A DNA stretch of 64,000 bases from Isurus oxyrinchus (lineage: Eukaryota). Below the pieces are notes generated by a model. The model saw only the letters and a list, made by a program, of their open reading frames with translations, ran no database searches and had not been told where the DNA came from. Both the position numbers and the translations under genes were made by a program. Shown here piece by piece: positions 14,106 to 26,309 of the stretch (position 1 is its first letter; each line of letters opens with the position of its first letter). The stretch is from positions 2,170,001-2,234,000 of the forward strand of contig JANJGN010000038.1 of the NCBI GenBank assembly GCA_026770705.1. The letters run 5' to 3'.

Positions 14106-15275
14106 TGTTACAAACATAACCAATGTTATTTTCTGAGCAGGCCAAATCGTAGAGGTAAACCTGTCTTCCTGCGCATAATATTTTCATTTGTATTTTGAAA
14201 AAAAGGGAAAAAAAGCTACTGATTCCAGGAGCTTAGAATTCCAAAAGACCTTTAGGATTTTAAAACGTTAAACGATTTATTAACAGGAAGGAAAACAGTG
14301 ACCACTTAAGATTAATGTTATGAAGTTGAAACAGTTCTACAAAACATCGCCACCTTCCTGCCCCCAAAACCACAAATAGTCAGGATGCACAAGTAAACTA
14401 CTTAGAAACAACATCCTTAGAGATTTTTAAGTATAAAAAGCGAATAATATTCATTCAATTCAAAGCTGCTGATAATTTAGAAAGAGTTTACCACATGACT
14501 CCTCTGCTGTGGAAATCCAAGAAAGTACGGAACACAAACTGCTTTCTGGATAAAAGACAGCCTTTTCCTTGTTTGGCTGGAAGGCTGTTTCAGATGTCAT
14601 ACATTGTCTCAGGACAGAGCTGGATTCAGGGCATGTCCCCCGCACAACCACCACAACTGAACTCAGCATTTTGATACTAGCAAAATACTGTGGATGTTGG
14701 AAAGCTGAAATAAACAGAGAAACAAAAACAGACAGGGAGTTTTCTGTTTTTATTTCAGCTAAACATCTTTCCTTAAATATCCTTTTCCCCTTTCATCTTA
14801 GACTCTATTTTCCTCAGCACCTTCTTGAACTAAACTTTCCCAAAATAGAAAAATCATTAATGTTTTCCTGTTGCCTCCTCTTTCGGAACAAATGAAATGT
14901 AATAACGTTCCCTTTTTTCTTATGAAAGAACTGTAAGTTTTAAACGTCCTTCAAACTCTACTTTGAAATTTAACAGCTGCAAGGTCAAGTCCCTACCTAT
15001 CTCCAAATGCGAGTTTTAAAAACCCACCCTTTTTACTTGTAAATCCAACATCACCGTTGCCACTGATAGCAAATATATGCAACTCGTACCTGTACACTTT
15101 TATCTCTCAACTCATACAGGCAAGCTGCCTCTATGAACCTACTCCAAGCTTAATAAATTATGAGCACGCACACACAAATACACATCCATCTATACAGAAT
15201 ACCAACATATTGCCAAAATACTTTCCAAAAAGCATCCATCTTGTTATAAAACTATAAGAATTTTTCATACTACTA
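14106..15275 (-). mobile_element. Probable 5' LTR of the Gypsy-like element
   Basis: Minus strand ends ...TAACA just before the PBS-like motif, with AATAAA at 14276-14281 (minus). The outer boundary is uncertain. Confidence 0.5.
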
Positions 15276-15849
15276 TTGAGATGCACTGCAAACTAGGCAT
15301 AAAGGTGTGAGTCTGGATGATTCTGTCTGTGTGTAATTTATTGGATTTGCTGATGAGCAAACATGGATGAGACCTTAGCGTCTAATGTGCAAAGGAAGTA
15401 AATGAGATGTTTGGATTTCAAAGAGATGGTAGGATGTTTACAAATGGCTCGATAAGTAAGGACAAGCAGTGTGTTTATTTTTCCAAAAAAGAAAAGGAAA
15501 GGTATTTATTTTATGGGAAAAGTAAATTTGTGAAGACATATGGAACAGTGGAATTTACAGGTTAAAGATGGAGAAACATACCTAAAGAGGAATTAAAGGC
15601 TATTTTAGGGTTGAAGCAGGGACATGTAAGATCTAACAGGAGTGTGTGAAACAGCTTTGGAGAAGCCTAGAGCCATATCTTGCAAAAGTCTGCTGTGGAC
15701 AGTAACTAAAGCTGGAGAAAAGCCCTTTGGAATTCTATTGTCGCCTGGGTGTTGTGGTAACGTGCTGGCTTGCTTTTTAAATCTAAAATCAATTTTAAAC
15801 TGTTGCATTAAAGGCGGTAGGTTTGTGCTCCTGCAAGTCTAGACCATTT

Positions 15850-16215
15850 TGAATTGCAACTATATCGTCGTTCCTTCACTGCCACTGGGTCAAATTCCTT
15901 GGAACTCCTTTCACACATCAGTGAAGGTGCACCTGCATCAGGTGACTGCAGTCATTCAAGAAGGCAGCTCACAACCATCCAAACAAGGATAATTAGGGGT
16001 GGACAACAAATGCTGGCCTTGCCACTGAAGCCCACATCCCATGAAAATTATCCGCTGCCCTCACTTAGTTTGGCCTATGTGAGACTCCGCATGCACAGAA
16101 ATATGGTTGACTCTAAACAGCCCTCGGGAATGATCTAGTAAGCCGTTCATTTCAAGGGCAATCTAGGGAGGACAGCAAATACTGGCCTTTCCAGCGAAGC
16201 CGACACCCCATTAAA
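15850..16215 (+). mobile_element. CR1 family-2 3' tail plus SINE tail fragment
   Basis: Two consecutive copies of the aagg(g)caattaggg...aaatgctggcctt...cccat tail. Confidence 0.7.
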
Positions 16216-16221
16216 AATATA

Positions 16222-16300
16222 TACTAATAATATAATAATCATAATAATAATTATTATTATTATGAAGAAGGATAATAATAATCATAATAATTATTATTAT
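16222..16300. repeat. (AAT)/(ATT) low-complexity inverted microsatellite
   Basis: ataataataattattattattatg-type motif occurring twice. Confidence 0.85.
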
Positions 16301-16369
16301 GTGCTGGATATGTTCTCACTAGATGTCGATGGCTGGAATAAGATCTGTGCACGAGGAAGGTCGCCAGTT

Positions 16370-17070
16370 TCAACTGGACCTGTCCACACAGAAATTAATA
16401 GGGTGGAGCTAGCTCTATCCACAGTGAATGTAACAGGTTAAATTGAACTTGTTCACACTGCATTAAAGAGCCTTGATCTCCGCTTCTGTTCTGAGAGTAA
16501 ATTGAGTGATTTGGCCCTCTACACACTGATATTAAACTGGGCCCCGAAACACTGAATTTATTACCGCTGGTTTGGACCTGCTCGTACAAATGTACATTTC
16601 AATGCCTGAATTAAAGCTGTTGGTCTGGACGGAGATCGGCTTCTGAATACTGAGTGCAGCCTACTGAACATGTCCTCCCCACGTTGAATTTAACCATGAT
16701 GAACTGGACATATCCCGGACTTTCTGAAACTTTGTGGAATGAACCCGGGCATAGTCACGGTTCCGATGTTAAAGCGGACACGTATGCGAAAAAAATATTT
16801 AAAAATGAAACTATGATCAACTAGACCAGCCTATGCAGAATTACAGTTCAATTAACTGGCCATATCCATACTGAATATATTCGCCATTAACTGGACATGT
16901 GAACACTGAATGTAACTGCACTCACCTGGGGCTGTGTACCGTCAATGCACTCGTGCAGAAGAGAATGAAATGCTACTCTGCTGATCTGGACTACAATTCA
17001 CTCAACGTAACGGTGCCGAACTAGAACTGTCCTCACTGAAAATAACTCTGCATGATTGGAAATGTTACAA
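16370..17070. repeat. Degenerate ~35-bp minisatellite (ACTGAATTTAAC...GAACTGGAC)
   Basis: Recurrent actgaat...aactggac motifs. Confidence 0.6.
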
Positions 17071-17584
17071 TTACTTCACAGAGTTTGATTTGAGTTTCGA
17101 TGCACAGCTCCTGAGTATTTGAAGTCAATGGTGTTGTAGCACAATGTCATACGGACTGAACATTGTTCAGGAATAAAAAGTAAACAGAGTTTTTCCTTCG
17201 GGCCAGAATCTTTCTGGTTCATTAACGCTTGTGCTGAGACTTAACACAGTATTGGTGGGTTCACACCAATGCATATTTCTCGTTTTCGCCATTGAAACCA
17301 CCTATTTAGCCGTTCATTATCTTCTTATGAAGGGACACAATTTGGAGTACATAACTGTACTCCCTGGGTATTTTACATTAGAGACAATTCGGAGCCCTTT
17401 AAAAACATTACATAACATCAAAAAATAAACACCACCTTGGCAGCAGCTGGAATAAACTACTTGTTTCAATTTGCAAATATTGCAAAGAATCAAACATTTA
17501 ATTAATTCCCTGGAGCCGGATATCGGGTATAAACGCGACAAGTTTTCAATGTCATGTAGAACGTGCTGACAACTTTTGCTAAAC

Positions 17585-17654
17585 ATGCACGGATCACGGA
17601 AAGATCTTTTCTTTGCCATTTACGATGCTTTCCTTGCAGCTATCGAGGTTCCAG
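17585..17654 (+). pseudogene. GPR139-like GPCR pseudogene, exon 1
   Basis: ATG MHGSRKDLFFAIYDAFLAAIEVP + G|GTAAAT (phase 1), a degenerate YYPxLAAIGVP TM1 motif. It splices in frame to 20966. Confidence 0.78.
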
Positions 17655-17749
17655 GTAAATTATTGTAGTTAATTATTACTTACGGAATTCATTGATTAGA
17701 CTTTATCATTGCTCTCATTTACTCGCTGCTCTTCTCTATCGTACTGACA

Positions 17750-18140
17750 TCTTCCCCCGGCTCCCCTCCGCGGTATCTTTCTCCTTCAAGCATGGAATTT
17801 CTTCACTCCAATTGATATAATTTCTCCTCTTTACTACACTTTCACACATTCGTTCTCCAATTTAACGACATAATTATTTACATTTCCTGATGCAATTTAT
17901 ACCCATTAATGATATAATTTCTCCCCTTTAACAGTGCACTTTCAGACGTTTATCCGTGTGGTTTCTTCACATTACTGATATCAATTCTCCCTCTCTCTTG
18001 ATAATATCAATTCGAACTTTATTGGTTAAATCTATCCAATATAATGGTCTCAACTAAAAATAATGATAGAATTTTTTCCTCTTCCAAAGTATAATTTCCT
18101 CACTCTAGCTGCACTATTTCTTATGGTTACTCATACCATT
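17750..18140. repeat. Degenerate pyrimidine-rich minisatellite in the GPCR intron
   Basis: Repeated gatataattt(t)ctcc motifs. Confidence 0.5.
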
Positions 18141-18584
18141 TTGCAGCGTAAACTTGATCCTATCCTGTTGACACGGTCACTGTGGGTGAGTTGTCACACT
18201 GTTAAGACAATGTAAATGTAATTTTATTATGTTATTCACACTGATCAGTGTCGACAAGAGATTCACTGAGTGAAATTATTCAGATTTTTATTAAACCCCA
18301 ACTGCACTTTATGATGAACTTTTTTGATGGGACATTACTAACCATTGATTTGTTAACAGAAATATGTTCAAAGTAACGAGTGTTCAATGTACAAATGAAT
18401 GTGCTCACGCTAAACTCAAACAATGCAATGTCTCTGCTCTCACTCCGAAACACCTATCTACCCATCTCGATTCTCCTCCTCCACCTTAGATGCTGCTGGT
18501 AATTCTACCGTGTCAGCTGCTGAGTCCGGGTAGTTTGCTGCTCCTAACATCTGGTAATGTCCAGGACTTTCCACTCAACAAAGA

Positions 18585-19095
18585 AGAAAGAACAAAGAAT
18601 AAAGAAAAGTACAGCCCAGGAACGGGAACTTCGCCGATTACATTGCCCGCAAATAAAACATTCTGCACTTCCGGGGTCCATATCCCTCTATTCCCATCCT
18701 CTTCATGTATTTGTCAAGCCGCCTCTTAAACACCACTATCGTACCTGCTTCCACCACCTCCTTTGGCAGCGAATTCCAGACACTCACTACACTCTGCATA
18801 AAGAACTTGCCCCGCACATCTCTATAGTTTTCTCCTCTCACCATAAATCTATGTCCCCTAGTAATTGAATCTCCCAACCCGGGAAAATGATTCTGAATAT
18901 CTACTCTGTCGATACCACTCATAATTTTGTAAATTTCTATCAAGACGCCCCTCAATCTCTGTCACAGTCGTGAGAACAATCCGAGTTTCTCCAACCTCTC
19001 CTCATAGCTAATAACCTCCAGACCAGGCAGCATCCAGGGAAACGTCCTCTGCACCCTCTCCAACGCCTCCATAACCTTCTGGTAATGTGGCGACA
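18585..19095 (-). mobile_element. CR1 LINE 3' fragment
   Basis: ORF 18638-18955 (RGVLIEIYKIMSGIDRVD...RGKFFMQSVVSVWNSLP) is the CR1 ORF2 C-terminus. Confidence 0.9.
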
Positions 19096-19587
19096 ACTCC
19101 TTCAATCTTTCCTCCCTATATTTTGTGCCGACATAATTGCTGGCACTTCTCGCATCTGATACAAAAGTTTTAATTGCAATATCACGAAATTTATCCTGAC
19201 AGTACAGTGCAGCACGAAAGTGGAGTTACATTTTTGAAGGGGTCTTTAACGGGAAGAGACCTTATCATCTGCCAGCTCTGGGGGTCCGTGTCGACCACTG
19301 AGATCCCAGGCAATTGCCAGGAGAGGCGCTGGGAGTTATTATTGCGGCTCGTCAAAATCTCTAATAGTCTGAAACTATGAATTGCTCTATCGTGGCTCTC
19401 TATCTGAGGATCATTTTTATACAGCTAGGCTGTGGAGCTTTCCAGCAGTGAGCCATTTTACAGTAATTCACAGAGTGAGGCCGCCTCTCGAACCCAGCTG
19501 GACATAATACGTTGTAAAAATACGTTTTGGTCTGAACTTCTTGTTAGTTTATCTTTTGCGGTCTCTTTCTTCAATTATTTAAATATC

Positions 19588-20610
19588 ACTTGCGGAGTAT
19601 CACAGGGATCAGTATTTGTGCCCCAGCTATTCAGAATATATATCAATGATTTGGATGTGGAACCCAAATTAATATTTACAAGTTTGCTGACGACACGAAA
19701 CTCGGTGGGAATGTGAGCGATGAGGAGATTATTAAAAGGCTTCAAGGAGACCTTGACAGGTTGGCTGTGGGAAAATAATTGCCGTATGCAGTATAACGTC
19801 GATAACTGTGAAGTTATCCACTTTTGTAGGAAACACAGAACGACAGGGAATTATTTAAATGGTAATAACTCGGAAATATTAATGTACAAAGGGGTCTGGG
19901 TGTCCTTGTACACTAATCACTGAAAGCAAACATGCAAGTGCAACAAGCAATTAAGAAGGCAAATGGTATGTTGGCCTTCATTGCGAGAGGGCGTGAGGAC
20001 AAGAGCAAGGATGTCTTACTGCAGCTGTACAGGGCCTTGGTGATACTACACCTGGATAATTGTTTGTAGTTTTGGTCTCCTTACCTGGCAAAGGGTATAC
20101 TTGCCATAGAGAGAGTGCAACGAACGTTCACCAGAGTGATTGCTGGGATGGCAGGATTGTCGTATAAGGAGAGCTTGGTCCGAATAGGCCTGTACTCGTT
20201 GGAAATTAGAGGAATGAGAGGAAATCTCATAGAAACATATAAAGTTCTGACAGGGATGGATAGACGGGATGCATGTATGATAGTTCCTCTGATTGGGGAG
20301 TCTAGAACAAGGGGTCAAAGTCTCAGGGTATGGGGTAGACAATTTAGAACTGAGAAGAGGAGAAACTTCTTCAATCAAAGGGTGGTGAACATATGGAATT
20401 CTCTGCCACAGAGAGCTGTGGAGCCCAGGTTTTTGAATATATATAAGAAGGTAAATGGTAGATCTCTGGGCTCTAAAGATGCTAAGGGGTATAGGGCCAG
20501 CGCAGGAGTTGAGATAGAGGATCAGCTGTGATCATTTTGAATGGCGGACTAGGCTCAGATGCCGCAATGACTTACTCCTACTCCTCGTTTCTATATTTCT
20601 CCATATTCCT
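19588..20610 (+). mobile_element. 5'-truncated CR1 LINE
   Basis: GVSQGSVFVPQLFRIYINDLD RT motif and C-terminal RRNFFNQRVVNIWNSLP. Confidence 0.92.
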
Positions 20611-20965
20611 ATCACCTTTAAAACGTTATTTATGCCATTTCCTTTCTCTGTGTGGCGTTCCCACGTTTGATACAAGGTGTTTGTGACTGGTTTTTGGTTC
20701 TCCATGTTTCAATGCATTATTTTATATTTATTAGGTATTTGTCCTTTCCTACTTTAAAACGAAACATAATTTATCATTTTAATCACAGGAGACGTTCCTG
20801 TCGCATAAAGGACAATTTCTAAACAGCATCAACTGCAAAGCAGGATATTTGACACAGAAACCAGTGAAATGAATATCATTTTGTGTTTCAACCAATAGCG
20901 TTGCTGTTCCCAAGAATTGATAAAGACACTCTCTCTCACTCAATTTCTCTCACTCTCTCTTACAG

Positions 20966-21874
20966 CTAACCTGGCAGTGACTATGATCCTGTCTCGAGGA
21001 AGATGCGGTCTCTCCAGGTGCATCAATGACTATTTAGTTTCTATGGCCGTGTCGGACCTCATGGTCATTATCAATTCTGTGATATTAAACCGGATCACTG
21101 GTATTTATTTCTCGTTTAGTTTCTGGCCATCAGACCGCTCTGCAGTCTCCGTTCTATCTTCAACTATGCAGCCTTAGGCTGTTCAGCACTGTTAACGTTC
21201 GCTTTCACCTTTGATAGATTTGTGGCCATTTGTTGTCAAAAGTTGAAAATAAAATATTGCACCGAGAAGGCGGCAGCGCTGGTTATCAGAACAGTCTGTG
21301 CAATCAGCTGTTTTATAACTTCCTTCTTGTATTTTATTTATGAAACTTCGCACACAATTCACAATGTACCCTGGTTCTGAAGCATAAAAGGCATATTTTA
21401 TACATCACCATCTTGGGTGACATATGATTGGATTCTTCACATTTTAACCCTTGTCTCCAGTCCATTCTGATTTTATTTCTCAATGCTCTGACTGTCAAGC
21501 ACATTCTTGCGGTCAGTCGGGCCCACAGGAGACTCCGAGCCCAGAGCAATGGAGAGAATCAGTGTGACCCAGAAATGGAGAAGAGGAGAACGTCCATTGT
21601 TTTACTCTTCACCATTTCAGGCAACTTCATCACATTATATTCGTTAACTTTTATAACCTTCCTCTACACCAGAATTGCGAGAGTTACTTATTTCTCTGGT
21701 TCCAATTTCAATGAATCAAATTTCATTCTGGAGGAAAGTGGATTTATCTTGAAACTTTTCAGTTCCTGCATCAATCCTTTTATTTATGCCGGAAGCCAGA
21801 GTAAATTCAGAGAGGAGTTAATAAATAGGGTGAAATATCTACTCAGTTTAATTTTTAAGTTATTTAAATTATGA
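20966..21874 (+). pseudogene. GPR139-like GPCR pseudogene, exon 2
   Basis: Acceptor ttacag| is followed by ANLAVTMILSRGRCGLSRCI..YLVSMAVSDL, FTFDRFVAICCQKLKIKYCTEK (DRF at 21213-21221), LFLNALTVKHIL, DPEMEKRRTSIVLLF and SSCINPFIY, with the stop at 21872-21874. Disabled by frameshifts near 21125 and 21450 and an in-frame TGA at 21378-21380. Confidence 0.9.
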
Positions 21875-22399
21875 GAAAGGTAAATCCTACACGAATGGCA
21901 CATAATAACTGATTTGTTTGTTCTCCAGCTCTATGTAACAACTGGCCTCTTTTCGCAGGTACAAAGTCACTCTCTTCACAATTTTTGCCCCTTGTGTAAT
22001 TTTAAAATTGTATAAGGAACTATCACCACATATTTCAGCTTTGCAGTGTGTTCTCAGTCAGTTTCTGGTTCTTTTACCAGTTGTGACCCAAACCTGGTTC
22101 ATTCTCACAGCTCCACGGGCGCCGCACTATCACTAGAGTAATATGGGTGAGAGAGTCTGTCCTCTCATCTCTCATTGTATACGAATTCTAATTGTCAAAT
22201 GAAGGAATCTCAATATCCCTCCTGAGTAGAGATTGGATCACGATGGTAGAATACGCTCTGAAATTGGAATGCTTATTGTTCCATGCACTGTACCCCTTTT
22301 ACTGAGCACCGACACGCACCCACACAGCTGTGTTACTGTCTTGTGTGCATACATTTAATAGGAATGTAACTAGTGGAAGGGATTAGTTAAGTCTCTCAG

Positions 22400-22620
22400 A
22401 GGGGAGTGCGAGAGGAAGACGCTGGGACAGGCATTCAGTAGCACCTACAGGTCAGTGTGAGAGGTGGACCCTGAGGCAGGCAGTCAGCAGAACCTTGAGG
22501 AGAGTGCGAAAGGAGGTTATTGTGACAAGCAGTCAGCAGCAGTTAAAGGAGAGTGTGAGAGGAAGACCCTGCGACAGGCAGTCTGCAACACCTAGAGGGG
22601 AATGTGAAAGGAGGACCTAT
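22400..22620 (+). repeat. ~49-bp tandem monomers (x~4.5) at the LINE 5' end
   Basis: gagtgtgagaggaagaccctg..acaggcagtcagcagca unit starting near 22403, 22453, 22502, 22551 and 22600. Confidence 0.8.
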
Positions 22621-25600
22621 TCCTTCCTGTCAGAGCCGAAGTGTGACATCAAAGGAAAAGAGGTATGTGATTGGTGGGAATTCCTTCAGTGTGTGGTTTG
22701 ATTGGCCAAATATTTTAAATGTTACAAGAGCTGAAGAGTAAAGTTTAGAAATTTACTTTTAAAATAGTTAACATCCAAATTAATTAATTGAATAGAATAG
22801 GGTTGGCTGGGCAGTCGATGTGTTGCAGCTATAGTATGGGCGATTGGTGGTCGCTGGTATGATGACCGGTGACTGCATCTGTAATAAATGTTGGCTGCTC
22901 GAGGTACTTCAGCACAGAGTTGATGAGCAGGGGTCTGAGCTGCAGAAACTGCGACACACCAGGGAGCGGGAGTTTTACCTCGATACTGTGCTTCAGGAGG
23001 CAGTCACACCTCTTAGATTAACTACTTAAAATTTGGACCGTGGTAAGAGACTGGAGGGCGTGGCTGCATACGGGGCAGGTTCAGGGATCCACAATCTAGC
23101 TCTGGAGGAGCTTCAGCCAGTCACTTGTCCAAGAGGTAAAAGGTTCTTGCTCCCACTGTGGACGTGGGCACAAACTGCATTGAGGATGAGCAAACAGACC
23201 CCACAACATCGTGGCACAGAACGCTTTTTAAGTGCAGTGAGGAAAGAGAAAACAGCTATTAATAGGAAATAGCATAGCTATAGGAATAGATACTGTTCTC
23301 TGCAGTAAAGACAGAACGCCCTGAAAGCTTGCTCTGCTGCCCCCCTGGTGCCAATGTTAAGGACATCTCCTTTGGACTGAGGGGAACTTGGAGTGGAAGG
23401 CGAAGGATCCAGTTGTCGTGGTCTACGTAGGAACCAAAGATATAGGTCACACTAAGATAGAGCTGCTGAGGGGCTACGAGCAGATCGGGGCTAAATTAAA
23501 AAGCAGCAGCACAGAAGAAATAACATTCGGATCACTACCTGAGCCACCTGAAAATTAGCGTTGGACAAAAAAAGATTAGAGAGATAAGTGAGTGGCTCAA
23601 AGATTGGCGAGGGAGAAATGGTTTTCAATTGATTAGGGTATTGGCACCAGTACAGGTGAAGAAGAGACCTGTACTGTTGGGATGGGCTTCGTTTGAACCA
23701 TATTGGGACCATTGCCCTGGAAAATTTTATAACTAGGTTTGTTGATGGGATATTAAACCAATCATTATGAGGGGTGGGGGTAGGGTATGGATCAATTGAA
23801 GGGAAGTTTAAAAATCAAAAATAAACGAAACAGCAGAGGTATAGAGCAGTGAAGAGGTGAATGATGATCAAAGTGTAACAAGAAAGGGCAGAAAATATAA
23901 GCAGAAGAGTGCAGCAGAAATCAGAACCAGAATGGGCAATAATGGTGAAAAGTCAAAGCAAAAGGCTCTTTAGCTGGATTCCTGCAGCATTTATAACAAG
24001 ATAGCTGAGTTGAAAGCACAAACAGAAATAAATGAATATGACTTGATAGCTATTACAGAGATGTGGTTGCAACCTGTCCAAGATTGGGAACCCAATATTC
24101 AAGGGACTTCGACTTTCTAAATAAGGAGAATTACAGAGGTATGAAGACGAGTTGTCTAAAGAGGGCTGGGAAAATAGGCTAAGGGGAAGGTCAGTGGATG
24201 AACAGTGGCAAACATTAAAGCTCATATTTCATAACGTTTAACAAAGAATTATCCCTGGCAAAAAAAAGGACTTGAGAAGGATGAACCACCCAAGGTTAAC
24301 AAAGGTGGTCGAAGAGAGCATCGAGTCAAAACCTAGGGCGTCCAAATTGGTGAAAACTACTGGTAGGTGAGGGGATTCGAATTTTTTTGGAAGCCAACAA
24401 CAGATTGCTAAAAAAAATAATGAAGAGAGAGACAATTGATTATGAAACTAATTTGGCAAGAATTATAAAAACAAACAGCAAGAATTTCTACGGGTATGTA
24501 AATAGAAAGTTTCGCTTAAGTGAGAGTGGGACTCTTGGAGGATACGATCGAAGAGTTGATAATGAGGAATACGGAAATCGCATGTAATTTAAATCAATAT
24601 TTTGCTTCGGTCTTCATTGTGGAGGGCACGATAAACATCCAAAATATATCAGACAATCGAGGAGCTAATGGAAGGAATGATTCTGTAAGTCTCTATCAGG
24701 AAGGAAAACGCATTTGACAAACTAATGGGCCTAAAGGCAAACAAGTCGCCAGGACCTGATGGCCTGCATCCAAAGGTTTTAAAGGAAGCAGTTGCAGAAA
24801 TACTGGAGGCATCGGTCGAAATATTCCAAAACTCACTGGATTCTGGGAGGGTCCCAGCGGTTTGGAAAACTGCTAATGTGATGCCCCTGTTCAAGAGGAG
24901 AGGGAAACAAAAAGCCAAATGCAATATGCCAGTCAGCCTGACATCTGTCGTTGAGAAAAGCTTGAGTCTATTATTAAGGAAGATATAGCAGAGCATTTAG
25001 AAAAAGCTTAATGCAGTTAAACAGAGCTAACATGGTTTTGTGAAAGTGAAATCATGTTTGACAAATTTGAGAGAGTTCTTTGAGGATAAAGAAAGCAGGA
25101 TTGATAAAAGGGAACCAGTAGATGTGCTGTATTTGGATTTCCAGAACGCATTCAATAAGGTGCCAAATAACGGGTTATTTCACAAGATAGGAGTCTATGA
25201 TATCGGGAGGTAATATGTTAGCATGGATCGAGGATTGGTTAACACACAGAAGACAGAGAGTTGGGATTATTGGGTAATTTTACTGTTGGAAATATGTAAC
25301 TAGTGGAGTGCCACAATGATCAGTCCTAGAGCCCCAAGTATTTACTTTCTATATTAATGATTCGGAGGAGGGGCAAGAGTGAATGTACCCAAATTTGTTG
25401 ATGATACAAAAATAGTGTGAAGGCATGTTGTGATGAGGACAGACTGAATCTGCAAGGGGATTCTAGATAGGCTGACTGAGTGGGCAAAGACGTCACAGAT
25501 GGAGTTTAATGTAGTAAAGTGCGAGGTCATGTGTCGGAAGGCAGACTATTGTTTAAATACAGAGAGACTCCAAAAAAGTGCAGCACAGAGAGATCTGGGT

Positions 25601-26309
25601 ATTCTTGAGATTGAAACATAAGAAGTTAGCATGCAGGTGCAGCAAATAATTAAAAAGGCACATAGAATTTTGGCTGTATTTATCAGGGGTTGGAGTCCAA
25701 AATATAGGGAAGTCTTGTTACAACTAAACAGGGTGTTGGTGACGCCGCACCTGGAGTATTGTGCACAGTTTTGGCCCCCGTATTTAAGAAAGGATATACC
25801 GGCATTGGAGGCAGTTAAAAATAGATTCACTAGGGCAGTTCCTGGTATGGGTGGGTTGATTATCTAGAACGGCTGAACACGTTAGGCCTTTATTAATCAC
25901 AGTTTAGAAAAATGCGGGGTGATCTTATTGAAACGTGTACAATTCTGAGGGGGCTTGACAGGATTGATGTTGAGAAGATATTTCCACCAGTGGGAAAATC
26001 TATAACTAGGGAACATAATTGCAGAATAAGTGGACACATATTAAAAACAGAGATGCAAAGGAATTTCTTCTCTCAGAGGGAAGTGAATGTCTGTAATTCT
26101 TTAGCCAGAGTGTTATAGAGGCTAGATCACTGAAAGTATTTAAAGAGGAGGTAGATAGATTTTTGAAATATCGAGGAGTTGATGGCTATAAGGAGCTGGC
26201 ACGAAAGAAGAGTTGAAGCCTGAACAGATCAGCCATGAACTTACTGAATGGCGGGTAAGGATTGAGGGGCCAAATGGCCTACTCCTGCTCATATTTCTTA
26301 TTTCCTTAT
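22400..26309 (+). mobile_element. Near-full-length decayed CR1 LINE (ORF1 with Cys cluster and SGNH esterase, ORF2 APE-RT)
   Basis: ORF1: DCICNKCWLLEVLQHRV and PPGANVKDIS...VVVYVGT. APE start: YDLIAITEMW (~24040-24066), followed by an internal deletion near 24120. RT: KSPGPDGLHPKVLKE, PVSLTSVV, HLEYCAQFW. 3' tail tttcttatttccttatg. Confidence 0.9.
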
